From contig JBHGNT010000009.1 of assembly GCA_043228905.1 (NCBI GenBank), forward strand, positions 15,500,001-15,564,000: DNA of 64,000 nt, written 5' to 3'. Of the stretch, positions 1-11,000 are shown piece after piece. This DNA is from Azolla caroliniana (taxonomy: Eukaryota; Plantae; Polypodiophyta). The position numbers and the translations under genes were made by a program. Position 1 is the first letter of the stretch. Every line of letters begins with the position of its first letter. A model generated the notes under the pieces. That model made no database searches. It was not told where the DNA came from and saw only the letters and a list, made by a program, of their open reading frames with translations.

Positions 1-285
1 ACATTCACTTCCGAATTGCACAGTCAAGCATGCATCATATACAATGTGCCCTCTTTTTGTGCTCGGGCCACTATGAGGTTTCCCCGGCAAAACTTTCACT
101 TGTCGTTTCGGAAGCTACCACAGTAACCTTCATCATCCAACCTTCCACTCGATATCAGATTCAAGTTGATATCTAGGACATGCCGAACTTCCCTTAGAGT
201 CAGTCGACAACTTGCCGACATCATCAAGCTTACAGTTCCTATGCTGGCCTCCCGGATAGTATCATCAGCGATCGTGGACCTCAAT
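1..285 (-). pseudogene. Copia polyprotein fragment (protease / pre-integrase region)
   Basis: ORF 96-284 reads LREVRHVLDINLNLISSGRLDDEGY, the same segment as in the Copia copies at 21294-21779 and about 30420-30520. Confidence 0.75.
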
Positions 286-289
286 TCGT

Positions 290-1125
290 CTCAAAAATTT
301 TGAAGCATCTCTTCAAAATTCTCATGGTCATTTGTAACCTCTCCTTTGGCTATCACCCTCAAACAGAAGGACAAGGAGAACGAACAAATCAGACGCTAGA
401 ACAATATCTTTGGTGTTTTCTAAGCTATCAACAAGATGATTGGGTGGATATTCTCCACTTTGCCAAATTTGCTTATAACAACTCTATCCACTCATCGACT
501 AGGGTTACACCATTTTATGCTTATACATGCTATCATCCTCGATGGTGTGTGCTCGAAACTCTGGAGATACCCACAAATCCTTGTGCAGAAGATCATTTGG
601 AGCGGCTCCGCAAGATATAGGCAGATCTATCTACCCATTTACATCAAGCTCAACAAACACAGACGGCTTATGTGGATCATCATCGGCTTCCATCCTGTTT
701 TGACATTGGAAATCAGGTATGGTTATTACGACGACGCATCAAGACTACTCGAAAATGCAATAAAATTGGATTATTGACGATTAGGTCCTTTGCATATTGT
801 TGGAAAAATTAATGATGTCACTTTTCGTCTTGATCTACCTCCGCAACTATGGATACATCCGATTTTTCATAGTTCTCTTCTCGAACCCTATCAAGGTAAC
901 ACTATCCTGAATCATGTTACGCCACCTCCACCCCCAATTGAGCTTGAAGCCGGACCGGAGTATGAAGTTGTTGCCATCCTCGATTCCAAGATCATTCGCA
1001 ACAAGCTCTACTATTTGGTCAATTGGCTAGGCTATAGTCCAAGCAAGCGTACTTGGAAACCATTTGAGAATTTGGTAAATGCTTGAGCTCTTATTGAGGA
1101 CTTCCATCGGCAATATCCCGACAAA
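290..1125 (+). pseudogene. Ty3/Gypsy chromovirus integrase C-terminus with GPF motif and chromodomain, degenerate
   Basis: HPQTEGQGERTNQTLEQYL integrase core, LGP..IV GPF region and EYEVVAILDSKIIRNKLYYLVNWLGY..TW chromodomain; interrupted by stops and frameshifts. Confidence 0.85.
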
Positions 1126-1232
1126 AAGGTAAAGAGGGATGTTTGAGGGAGCAGTTATTGAGGGATGATGTTCAACAAATAGAGAGTAGAGACACAGATT
1201 TTTGGGTGTACCCAACCGCCTTAATTGGTACA
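1126..1232 (-). repeat. Copia LTR fragment inserted between chromodomain and PPT
   Basis: aaggtaaagagggatgtttgaggg...gatgatgttcaa...gagagtagagacaca matches the PBS-adjacent LTR end at 48049-48170. Confidence 0.6.
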
Positions 1233-1347
1233 CAAGAAAGAAAGGTTATTATATTAGTTAACCCTAGAAAGAAAGAGGTGTGTTCACATTATGTTAGTTA
1301 ACCCTACAAAGAAAGACGGGGGGGTAGTGTCATGATATAGCATGGTA

Positions 1348-1415
1348 TGGCTTCAAAAGGATTCGAACCCATGACCTTATGTCCCATGGGTTGGAGCCTT
1401 ACCATTAAGTTATAG
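1348..1415 (-). other. tRNA-like module in LTR U3 (A box, B box, CCA end)
   Basis: Reverse complement reads taacttaatggtaagg...gggttcgaatcc...gcca; a homologous module sits at about 23298-23365. Confidence 0.6.
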
Positions 1416-1632
1416 ATTGTAATATAAAATATATCCATTTATTATTTTATTTAGGAAATCTATATATATTCTAAATTTCTCTGGAACATTCTAGAAACAT
1501 CAAGAGTACTCCTAAGCATACTATAAAAAGAGGCACAAGGCATTATTTTGAACCAATTCGGTTCAACGCCAGTCTTAAGCCTCCTAGCTATCCTTGTATA
1601 TTCTTTTCATATAATATATCTTTTGTTTATCA

Positions 1633-1636
<4 letters not shown>

Positions 1637-1700
<64 letters not shown>
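1637..1700. repeat. (TC)n microsatellite
   Basis: Perfect dinucleotide run; a second run is at 1910-1970. Confidence 0.95.
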
Positions 1701-1705
<5 letters not shown>

Positions 1706-1715
1706 GTAATTACCT

Positions 1716-1778
1716 TACCCTAATGGTAAATTGTTAACACTGCAACATAAGCACTGCGTCATGGGTTTGAAACCCCAT
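1716..1778 (+). other. degenerate tRNA-like module
   Basis: taccctaatggt (A-box-like) followed by gtcatgggtttgaaacccca (T-arm / B-box-like). Confidence 0.4.
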
Positions 1779-1833
1779 TTTCTCACCTCTCTATTATATA
1801 CTTCATATACTCTTAATTCTCTAGATGCCACTA

Positions 1834-1904
1834 TGGAATGTAGGGGTTGAACCCATGACCACCTGGTCTCCATTGGGCAACCTTACCTACTGAGCTACAT
1901 CCAT
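1834..1904 (-). other. tRNA-like module (tRNA pseudogene or SINE head)
   Basis: Reverse complement atggatgtagctcagtaggtaagg...ggtcatgggttcaacccctacattcca has A and B boxes and an approximately pairable acceptor stem. Confidence 0.6.
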
Positions 1905-1908
1905 CTAG

Positions 1909-1972
<64 letters not shown>

Positions 1973-2982
1973 TCTCTCGAGTGTTCTACACCCTCTTCTC
2001 CTCTTAGTACTAGTCCTCATCTCTCGGTACTAATTTCCTCACTGTCTCGGGGGTTATGTGTGAGGGAGGGAGAGAGATAGAGGGAAAGAGAAATAATGAA
2101 ACACAAAATGAGAGGGAAAAATCTATATTACATTATGCCCCATGGGTGGGGTTTATATAGTACAAGAGATAACCGTTGCAAAAGAATGAGACAAGTAGGG
2201 AGCTACATTACTTACACACTCTCTCACCTTTGTACACATACACATAAATGTGCATGTGTTCATACACATACTCATCCACACACACTCATACACAACAACC
2301 ACTTTATAGTGTTCCACCCTTATGCCTCCCCATACACTCGTATGGGTAACAACAGCGACAGAGCTAAGATGGGCTTGATGAGCAGTCAAGATGCAGGGAG
2401 TCAGATGGGTCAAGAAGCATTGGACCGAAGGAATCGTGGAACGCAGGACTGTACCAAAGGAGGAGCGTGAGCAAGGCGTGAAGATGCCAGGAGAAGACAA
2501 GGCAAGAAACCAGTAGAGCAAAGGGAACCTCAAGTTCAGCTTCAAGGGAAGTGTTGAGATGCAAGCTCAACATGGGCCGGATCGATTGAACAAGTCGAGA
2601 GGATTGGGTGAAGACCGATCAGCTAGGCCTGGATCGAATCCACAAGTCGAATCCACGAGCCGGATCGGAGAACTGAATCTACAAGAGCTGGTAGGCCATT
2701 AGAATCCTACGATCCTCACCTAATAGATAGACATATTTTTAGGAGTTAGTGTCAATCGCTCAGTTATGAGCATTGAAATACATGTCAGCACTTCTCTCGG
2801 TCCTTTTAAGGACTTGTATAAAAGTGTTCATTGAGCACACTTGTATGTACACAGACAGAGTTATTATTTTGAATTGAGTTTTTGTCTTTTACTCTCCCAA
2901 GTTCTCTGTGTATTGTTGAAGTTTTCCATTAAACCTTTATCTGAGTTTTGTTGCTATCCGGTCGTAGCCAGTTGTGTCTACA

Positions 2983-3460
2983 AGAGTCCGCACGTAACTC
3001 TTCACAAAACACCTAAGGGTATTCGGTAGCATTGCATATGTACATGTGCCGGATGAGAAGCAGAAGAAGTTGGACCCTAAAGTAGAGAAGTGCATCTTGG
3101 TCAGATACTCACATGAATAGAAGGGGTACAACTGCTACAACCCCTGGACCAAACAAGTGCGAGTAAGTTGAGGCGTTGTGTTTGACGAGTCAGCATCCTG
3201 GTATTCTCTTCTGTCTCCAACTCCCGACAAATCCATACCAATTATTGAGGATGAGGCCAGTGAGGCCGACATGATCAAGAAAGAAGAAGAAGAAGATATC
3301 GTCACTTAAAAGAGAGTCTAATTTCATTCTGGCTAAGTGGCCAAAATGAAGAGCTAAGTCGGAATGACCAATCAAATGAAGATCTGGCAAGCAGTGAAGA
3401 CTCGGTCGTGCACTCCTCGTGCAAGCAACTGAGGAAGCGGTATACGCGCAAAGAGAAGGG
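2983..3460 (+). pseudogene. Copia post-integrase fragment
   Basis: Reads HLRVFGSIAYVHVPDEKQKKLDPKVEKCILVRY. Confidence 0.75.
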
Positions 3461-3462
3461 TA

Positions 3463-4912
3463 TAGATGCAAGTACCATAACCTGTATCAGCTGATGGTGA
3501 TCAATCCAAAGAGCATAATGAACATAGCCGAATCATAGGATTCAAACCTATGGCGTGGTCGACTCGGCCATATGTCACAAGCCAAACTAGATCGGTTGAT
3601 GGTGATCAGCTACATCCCGAAGCTCCAGATGAAGACGAACTTTTGCGAGCATTATCATTAGGGTAAATAGACCTGAAGTTTGCACTCTCTCCACTACGAG
3701 ATGGTACAACCCCTAGAATTTGTCCACACAGATATATGTGGACCGATGCCCGAAAGGTCACTAAGAGGCTCCTAGTACTTCATCACATTCATAGATGACT
3801 GTACACAAAAGTTCTAGGCCTCCTCGATTAGGTCAAAAGAAGAAACATTCGAGGTCTTCTCTCGGTGGTTACTCGAAGTGGAGAACCGATCAAGACACAG
3901 AGTGAAGACACTCCGGTCCGACAACGAAGGTGAATACACATCCCAAGCCTTCAAACAATACTTGTCCGAAAATGGGATCCAACATCAAAAGACCGTTCCC
4001 TATACCCCCATGCATAATGGCATGGCGGAACGGATCAACCGAATGATCTAGGAGAGAGTGACAGCAATGCTCCAGCAATGTGGACTAAAGCTAGAATTTT
4101 GGGCCGAAGCATTGCAAACAACAATATATTTGATAAATTTGTCACCGTCGAGAGCAATAGGGCTCAAAGTGCCACAGACACTTGGTTAGGCAAACAATAA
4201 ACCTATGACAGGCTTCGCACTTTTGAATGTGAAGCCTACACCTTCTAAGTGAGTCATCATGGATGATCAACCGAGGAAACATGAAAATCGGGTGTAGATG
4301 CAAGTACAATAACCTATATCCACTGATGGCGATCAATCCAAAGGCCACAAATAATGTAGCCGAATCATAGGATTCAAACATATGGCATGGAAAACTCGGT
4401 CATATGTCACAAGACAAACTGGACCAACTGTCAGCGATCAGCTACATCCTAAAACTCCAAGCGAAGATAGACTTTTGTGGGCATTGTCGTTATACGAAAT
4501 AGACCCGAAGTCCACAATCTCTCCATTACGAGACAGTATGATAGCCCTTAAAACTGGTCTACACAGATATATGTGGGTTGATGCCCGAAAGGTCACTAGG
4601 AGGCTCCCGGTATTTCATCACATTCGTAGATGACTATACATGAAAGGTCTGGGCCTACTGACAAATCGCTCGAGGTCTTCTCTCGGTGGTTAGCCGAAGT
4701 GGAGAACCAATCGGGACACTAAGTGAAGACACTTTGGTCCGACAATGGAGGTGAATACATCTCCCGAGCCTTGAAATAGTACCTATTTGACAAAGGGATC
4801 CGACATCAAAAGACAATTCAATATACACCCATGCAAAACGGTGTGGCAGAATGGATCAATTGCACGATCCAACAGAGAGTGACGACAATGCTCTAGCATT
4901 CTTAACTAAAGT
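3463..4912 (+). pseudogene. two tandem diverged Copia integrase-core fragments (about 3463-4250 and 4293-4912)
   Basis: Both begin tagatgcaagtac.ataacct.tatc and contain the HTD.CGPM, DD, SDN.GEY and TP..NG.AER segments. Confidence 0.75.
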
Positions 4913-5663
4913 TGGAATTCTGGACCGGATGCAGCAACCAGACCGGACCAGAAGGTATCCGAATGAATCCGGTGTGAACCGAATCCAAGGACATATCTAC
5001 AAATATGTTTCTTGTGTGCATGTAAAGGCTATATTTGTAAATAGTGCTAAAGTCATAGAAGTATAAATATGACTTAGCGAAATCATTGTGGTAGTCGTTG
5101 GTGTTAGTTGTATTATAGTTGTATAGAGAGAGAGAGAGAGAGAAGAGAAGAGAAGCCACCGGTTGGCGAAGATACAAAGCACGAGGGTGTTGCCTCTGAG
5201 TCTCCTATTGTACCTCCTTTCTCATATAGTGATAGTTGGAGTCTGTGGGCTCTCGTGGTTTTTCCCTATTAGAGTTTTCCACGTAAACATCATATGTTGT
5301 CTCTTCTTTGTAAGTGTACGAACCTTCATCTCTGTTTTTTTCCCTCATAAAGAGTTTGAGTCTCGGTTGTGGCCACGTGCTATTCCGAACAAACTGGTAT
5401 CAAAGCCAACAAGAAAATGGAAGAGTCATTCGGAAGCATGTTCAAGCTCACTGGCTCCACTACCCAGTATGGAAGTCGAAGATGAGGGACATGCTCATGG
5501 TCAAAGATCTCTGGCTGACGGTATAGTTCCGGGACCAGAAACCGGACATGATCGATGCCACAACATGGGAGGTGATGCACATGAAGACAACAGCATACAT
5601 ACGGTGCTTCATCGACATGAGCCTGTACAACAACTTCAATGAACAAAATAAGGCGCATGTGAT
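4913..5663 (+). mobile_element. Copia family A copy 1: 5'-truncated LTR (4913-5391), Met-type PBS (5395-5407), gag start (5417)
   Basis: LTR closely resembles 17699-18253; PBS tggtatcaaagcc; gag MEESFGSMFKLTG is cut at 5663 by the next LTR. Confidence 0.8.
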
Positions 5664-7100
5664 TGTTAGGAATTCGGTCCCTCCGGATGGGATCTGGATG
5701 AGAACCAAAGGAGCCGAATCGGACAAGTCGGAAGAAGGAACCAGATCCGAAAGGGTTCCGGATGAGACCCGGAAACCGGATCGAGTGAATCCGGATGGAT
5801 CCGGTACAAACCGGATCAAAGGACATATGTGAAAATTTGTTTTATGGTTAGCCTATTGAGGTTATATTTGTAAATAGCCCAAAAGTTATATAAGTATAAA
5901 TATGACTTAGGGCAATCACTTTTTGTGAATATGGTGTAGTAGTGGTTGTATCACCATTGTACACAGAGTGTGAGAAAGCGAGAGAGAGAGATACATAACT
6001 AGTTTTTGTTGTAACCGCTGGTTGGCGAAGACATAGAGCTCGAGGTCGTTGCCTCTGAGTCTCACATTGTATTCCTCCCCTCATAGTGATAGTTGGAGTC
6101 TGTGCGTTCCCGTGGTTTTTCCACGTTAACATTCTGGGTCATCTTATTTTCAGCTTGCTCTCTTCCATTCGTTGTTTTAAGACTCGGTTGTGGCCGAGCG
6201 TCATTTTCGCGTCAACCTGGTATCAGAGCGAACAAGAAAATGGAAGAGTCATTTGAAAGCATGTTCAAGCTCACCAGCTCCAACTACCTAGTATGGAGGT
6301 CGAAGATGAGGGACATGCTCGTGGTCAACGATCTCTGGCTGCCAGTATAGTTCGGGGACAAGAAACCGGATAAGATCGATGCCGCGACATGGGAGGTGAT
6401 GCACATGAAGACGACGGCATACATACGGTGCTTCATTGACATGAGCATGTACAACAACTTCAATGAAGAAAGTAAGGCTCATGTACTCTAGGAAAAAATC
6501 AGCACCATGGTGGAGAGTAAAAACGTCGTAAATCGGGTTTCAGTATTCCGGAAGTTAGTGAGACTTTGGTACCAGGATGAATCTTGCATGGCAGAGCACG
6601 TGAATGCATTTCAGGGGCTCATAAATCAAACAACTTCGCTTGAAGTACCTCTGGCCGACGAGGTACTTGCATTGCTCCTACTTGGTTCCCTCCCGGATAG
6701 TTAGGAGACGCTAGTTGTAACTTTGGGCAACGCCGGACCAGAAGGAAATCAACTATCCCTAGCGAGAATGAAGTTGAGCTTGCTAGATGAAGAAGCTCAC
6801 TGGAAGGATCGGGAATCCGGAACCAACCCGAAGGCCTTGGTTGCGGAAGATGACCATAACCGGGGGAGACACCGGTACCGGAGTTCCCAGAACTGGGAAA
6901 AGTCGGGGACAAGGTCGAAGTCAAGGGGGAGGCCTATTTGCTTCTATTGTGGGAAGTCAGGGCACTTCCAAAAAAACAGTTGGCATTTCCGGAAAGAGAA
7001 AGGAACCGACAGTGCAGATTCAAAGAAGGGTTCGGACCGGAAAGGCTCGGATTGAAAAGGAACGCCGCCAATCGTGACAAGTGAAGAAGAATTGTTGCTC
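5664..7100 (+). mobile_element. Copia family A copy 2: 5' LTR (5664-6214), PBS (6218-6229), degenerate gag (6240-7100)
   Basis: TGTTAGG...GTCA termini; tggtatcagagc; gag with LLLLGSLPDS and zinc knuckle CFYCGKSGH, containing stops. Confidence 0.85.
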
Positions 7101-7165
7101 AACCGAGTCTTGAATCACTTCGATGAGAATCAAACATAGAAATGGGGTTGGAGATTAGTACACGT

Positions 7166-7968
7166 TGTCAAGATATTAAGCAAGTGCGTGTGGGATCGAG
7201 GCGGGACCGCGGGGGTCTCGAACCAAGGAGCAAGCGAGGGAGGAGAAAGAGAGAGTACCGGCTACGCAGGACCGGGGATACACGGGACACGGCCCTTCAG
7301 CACGGAGAACGCGAACAGACACCGACACAGACAGATGCGAATGACTAAATATGTGTATTAACAAAATGGCTAACACGACTACAACCCTCGATGGGGCACA
7401 GGTTGGTTACAACCGAACAGGCCGGCGAACAGATGCCGATGCCTGTTCGCTTCGACGCACAAACGGGGGGGGGGGGGGGTAGCAGGTCGGAGGTGCTGCC
7501 GGAAGCACTCGGGCGTTCCTCGAAACAGCGCGAGCCTCCTCGGAACCCTGCACAAAAGCTATGGAGCTCAAGAAGGAAGGAAACAGAGAGAGAGAAGCGT
7601 CCAGAAACGGTCCGACAGCACTTCGTCCTCTCCGCCCGAGATCCCTGCAACAGCTCTTTCCTCCTCTTTTTATAGCCCGACGAGCAGGCCGTCATGTCAG
7701 CTTTATTCCCTGTCCCTTTTGGACAGGGATCCGCTCCGTCCTTCACGCGTCCGCGTAGTTACGCCGCCGACTCGTACAGTTCCTTCGCTCGCGCGCGCGA
7801 CCGAAAAGACTGTTCGCGCGGTCTTTGTCTCCACTTGTGTTAGGGCCCGTTCCTGCCGATTATCCTCCTAATTCGCTTCTATGTACAACTTGGAGCTTGC
7901 GCGCGTGAAGAACCGGTTCCCACGCCTAGGTGCGCCGATTCCGCCTATGGACGGTTTTCTTCGCGACA
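7166..7968 (-). repeat. 3' LTR of the Gypsy element (803 bp)
   Basis: Matches 13690-14495 except a G-run of 15 versus 18; preceded in element sense by ggttaggtgggggcgga. Confidence 0.97.
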
Positions 7969-8039
7969 TCCGCCCCCACCTAACCGCGCATCCTCCGGTA
8001 TGCGCCAAGAGAGTTGGGACGGAGAAAACCGGCCCGTCT

Positions 8040-11000
8040 TCATTCCTCGCCCGTCGGTTCTTCCTCGTTTCCGGATCGTTCGTCACTGCTGACTAGGAGA
8101 GCCGGGTCCGGCTCGTCGTCATGTCGCTTCTTGAACGCTTTGATCCGCTTCCCTGCAACCGGTATCGCCACTCTCGTGCCGTCAAGTTCCGCCAGGTGGT
8201 ATGTCCCGTTGTCATTGGCGCTCCGTACCACGTAAGGCCCGAACCACCTTCGTGCGAACTTCCGTGTAGCTCGGTGCTGGTTGTCGAGGCTGCTATCGTA
8301 GATGAGCACCCAGTCACCTTCTTCGATTTTCTTCGGTCGGAGCCGGTGCGTTCGGTCGAACCTGGCTTTGTTCTTTTTCCTCGCCACTCGGAGCTTCTCC
8401 GCAGCCAGTTCCACGTCCTCCGGTCTCCGTTCGAGCTGTCGTATGCGCGCGGCCAACAACTCCTCCCGGCTCATCTCGTCCCTCCAATCGACTGTCGCCC
8501 ACGAGGAGATCGTCCGTTCCATCGGCATGATCGGCTTCTGGCCGAACATGAGCTCCGTCGGCATGTACCCGGTTACCGAACTGTGCGTGGTCCGGTCTGC
8601 CCACAAAGCATAAGGTAGCAGCCGCGGCCAGTCACCGACTCGGCCTCCGCATGCCCGGACCAACGCCTTGACGATCGGTCGGTGTCCGCGCTCCACCTTT
8701 CCATTCGCCTCCGGATTGTATGCAGTGGTGAGCGAGAGCTTGACTCCCAGCCGGTCGAACAGCTCCGCGGCTTCTTCGGCGTCCAACTCCCCTCGGTCAG
8801 CCACGATCTTCCCGACGCACCCGTACCGGCATATCACGTCCTCGATTAGGAACCGGCATACGGCCGCGGTCGTTTTGTTCGGAAGGGCCCGGCCTTCCAC
8901 CTGGTTCGTCAGATCCTCCCGCGCTAGGACCAGGTACCGCATCTGTCCTACTCCCATTGGCATCGTTACCAGATCTACCATCCATTTGAAATGGATGGCC
9001 GGAGGGTACGTAGGGTGAAGCTCGTCTCGATGTCGGACTATGGAGTGCATCTGGCAGCTCTCGCAAGTTGTCACGAACCGATGCACGTCCTGGTACTGCC
9101 CCGGCCACCAATACTTCCCCTTCAGTTTCTCAAACGTAGCCCATGTTCCGCGGTGTCCAGCCCAAGGGCTGTCGTGGTAGGCCGTCAGCAGCTCCTCCTG
9201 TTCTTCCTTCATCGCCACCACCCGGAGCGGAGCGCCGTCCCTCTTCTTCGGGTGCTTCCATAGATAGCCATCCCGGAGAAAGAACCGGTACGCTTTCTTC
9301 CGGATCCGGTTGGCCTCGTCCTTCGTCCATGACGCATCGGGCGTCATTGTCTTCAAAAACCCACCGATCTGCAGCCACTCCCCGTCGTACTTGCTCGCGT
9401 CGAAGTCGTTAAGCGCCGGAGTGCTTGTCCCGTCGGTTGTTACATACGCAGTCTCGAAGAAGTCCACGCCGACCTCTTCGTCCTCCGAAACCATGCCGCC
9501 CTCGTCATCGAATCTCGCTCTTGAAAGCATGTCGGCCATGGCGTTGTCTTTCCCGGAAATGTGTCGTATTACCGGGTCTAGGGACTTGATGTACGCTATC
9601 CACCTGAGCATTGCCAGGTCCGGCGTCGCGCATCCGGAAACCATGCCGAGAATCGGCATGCAATCCGTCTCTATGATTACCTCCGTCCCGATCAGATAGT
9701 CCTTGTCGGCCTTCACCGCCGAAACGATACCCCAGAGTTCGCGTTTAACCTGGGCGTATCCTCGCTGCCGTTCGCTGAGGACCTTCGCGCCGAATCGGAT
9801 CGGAAACCGATTGCCGTCCTCGTCTTCTTGGTTGACGACCCACCCGATTCCGGTCGGACTCGTGTCAACCGTTATGTACACTGGGGTGCCCTTCCTGTAG
9901 ACGGCCTTTCGGAGCGCCGGTGCTGCCGAAAGAGCCTCCTTCAGCTTCCGGACCGACTCCGTGTGCTTGTCTAGCCATTCGAATCTTCGCCCTTTTCTCA
10001 ATAATCCGTATAACGGCTCCGCAACGTGGGCGTAATGCGGGATCCATATGTGGTAGAATGCGCATGCCCCCAGGAATCTTCGTACTTCCGTGACCGAGCT
10101 GCAGTCGGGCTTCATCGCGGAGATGGCTTCTACCTTTGCCGGAGACGGTTTCCGGCCATATGGCCCACATAAGTGTCCGACCACCATGATTTCCGACTGC
10201 CCGAAGGCTGATTTCTCCCCCGAGAAGGTGAGCCTCGCATCCTCTAGCCTTTGCAGCACCTTCTCGCAGTCGTCAATGTGCGCCATCACGAATCGCCGGC
10301 ATCCGTCCGGCCCGACCGTCTCGTCCTTCTCTTCTACCGGGCATCCCTTGATCGGGATGTCGTCTAGAAACGGCATGGTGATGTCCGGGATGCAGTCCCT
10401 CAGCACCTTGTTCATTGCATTCACCATGTGGGCCACCGAGTTGGTCCCTCCTTGCGGCAGCGTACACATCCGCACTAGGCCGAGGGGAGTTCGCATCGTC
10501 GTAATGTCTCTGCTCTCCACGGCTAGCTGGAACTGGTCGTACCCTGAGTATAGATCACCGACCGAGTAAATCGACCTTCCGGCGAAGGCCTCCGCGAACT
10601 CGTCTATGATCGGTCCGATCCCTGCGTTCCGAATGGTCACTCTGTTGACCGGCTGCAGGTCCTGAATGAAGCGCAATGATCCGTTTTTCTTTGGTACGGT
10701 AAACCATCGGTTTGAATATGGGGCGCTCGATGGCTCGAGAATGCCCATATCAACTTTCTGCTTCAACAGCCCCATCAACTTCGGGATGTGAGCTCTCGGA
10801 ACCGGAATTGGCTTGAGATTCCACGGTACATGCGGTACTGTGAATATCACCATCGGTTCTACGATCGTCGGGTCTACGCACCCGATTTCCCCCGGTGAGA
10901 ATGCGAAGGCTTTCCCGTGCCTTCCGAGCATTCTCCGGAACCGGTCTTCCTCCGCCGGCAGTAGGAACCCGCCCCCACCGATCTTCAGCTCGCGGAGCGT

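Larger units (their letters stand above)
1328..2045 (+). repeat. 3' LTR of a Tcn1-like chromovirus (right end approximate)
   Basis: Follows purine tract ggggggtag; starts TGTCATGATA; homologous to the LTR at 23288-23755, including the TATA box and caattcggttcaa motif. Confidence 0.75.

Noticed and set aside
2050-2981. Probable LTR pieces (similar unassigned stretches at 24360-24835 and 28220-28760)
   Set aside because: No partner LTR, PBS or coding link in the window, so they cannot be supported as features
7345-7758. ORFs inside the Gypsy LTRs as a possible env or accessory gene
   Set aside because: Short, GC-driven and spanning a homopolymer; the gap between pol and the 3' LTR is only about 70 bp
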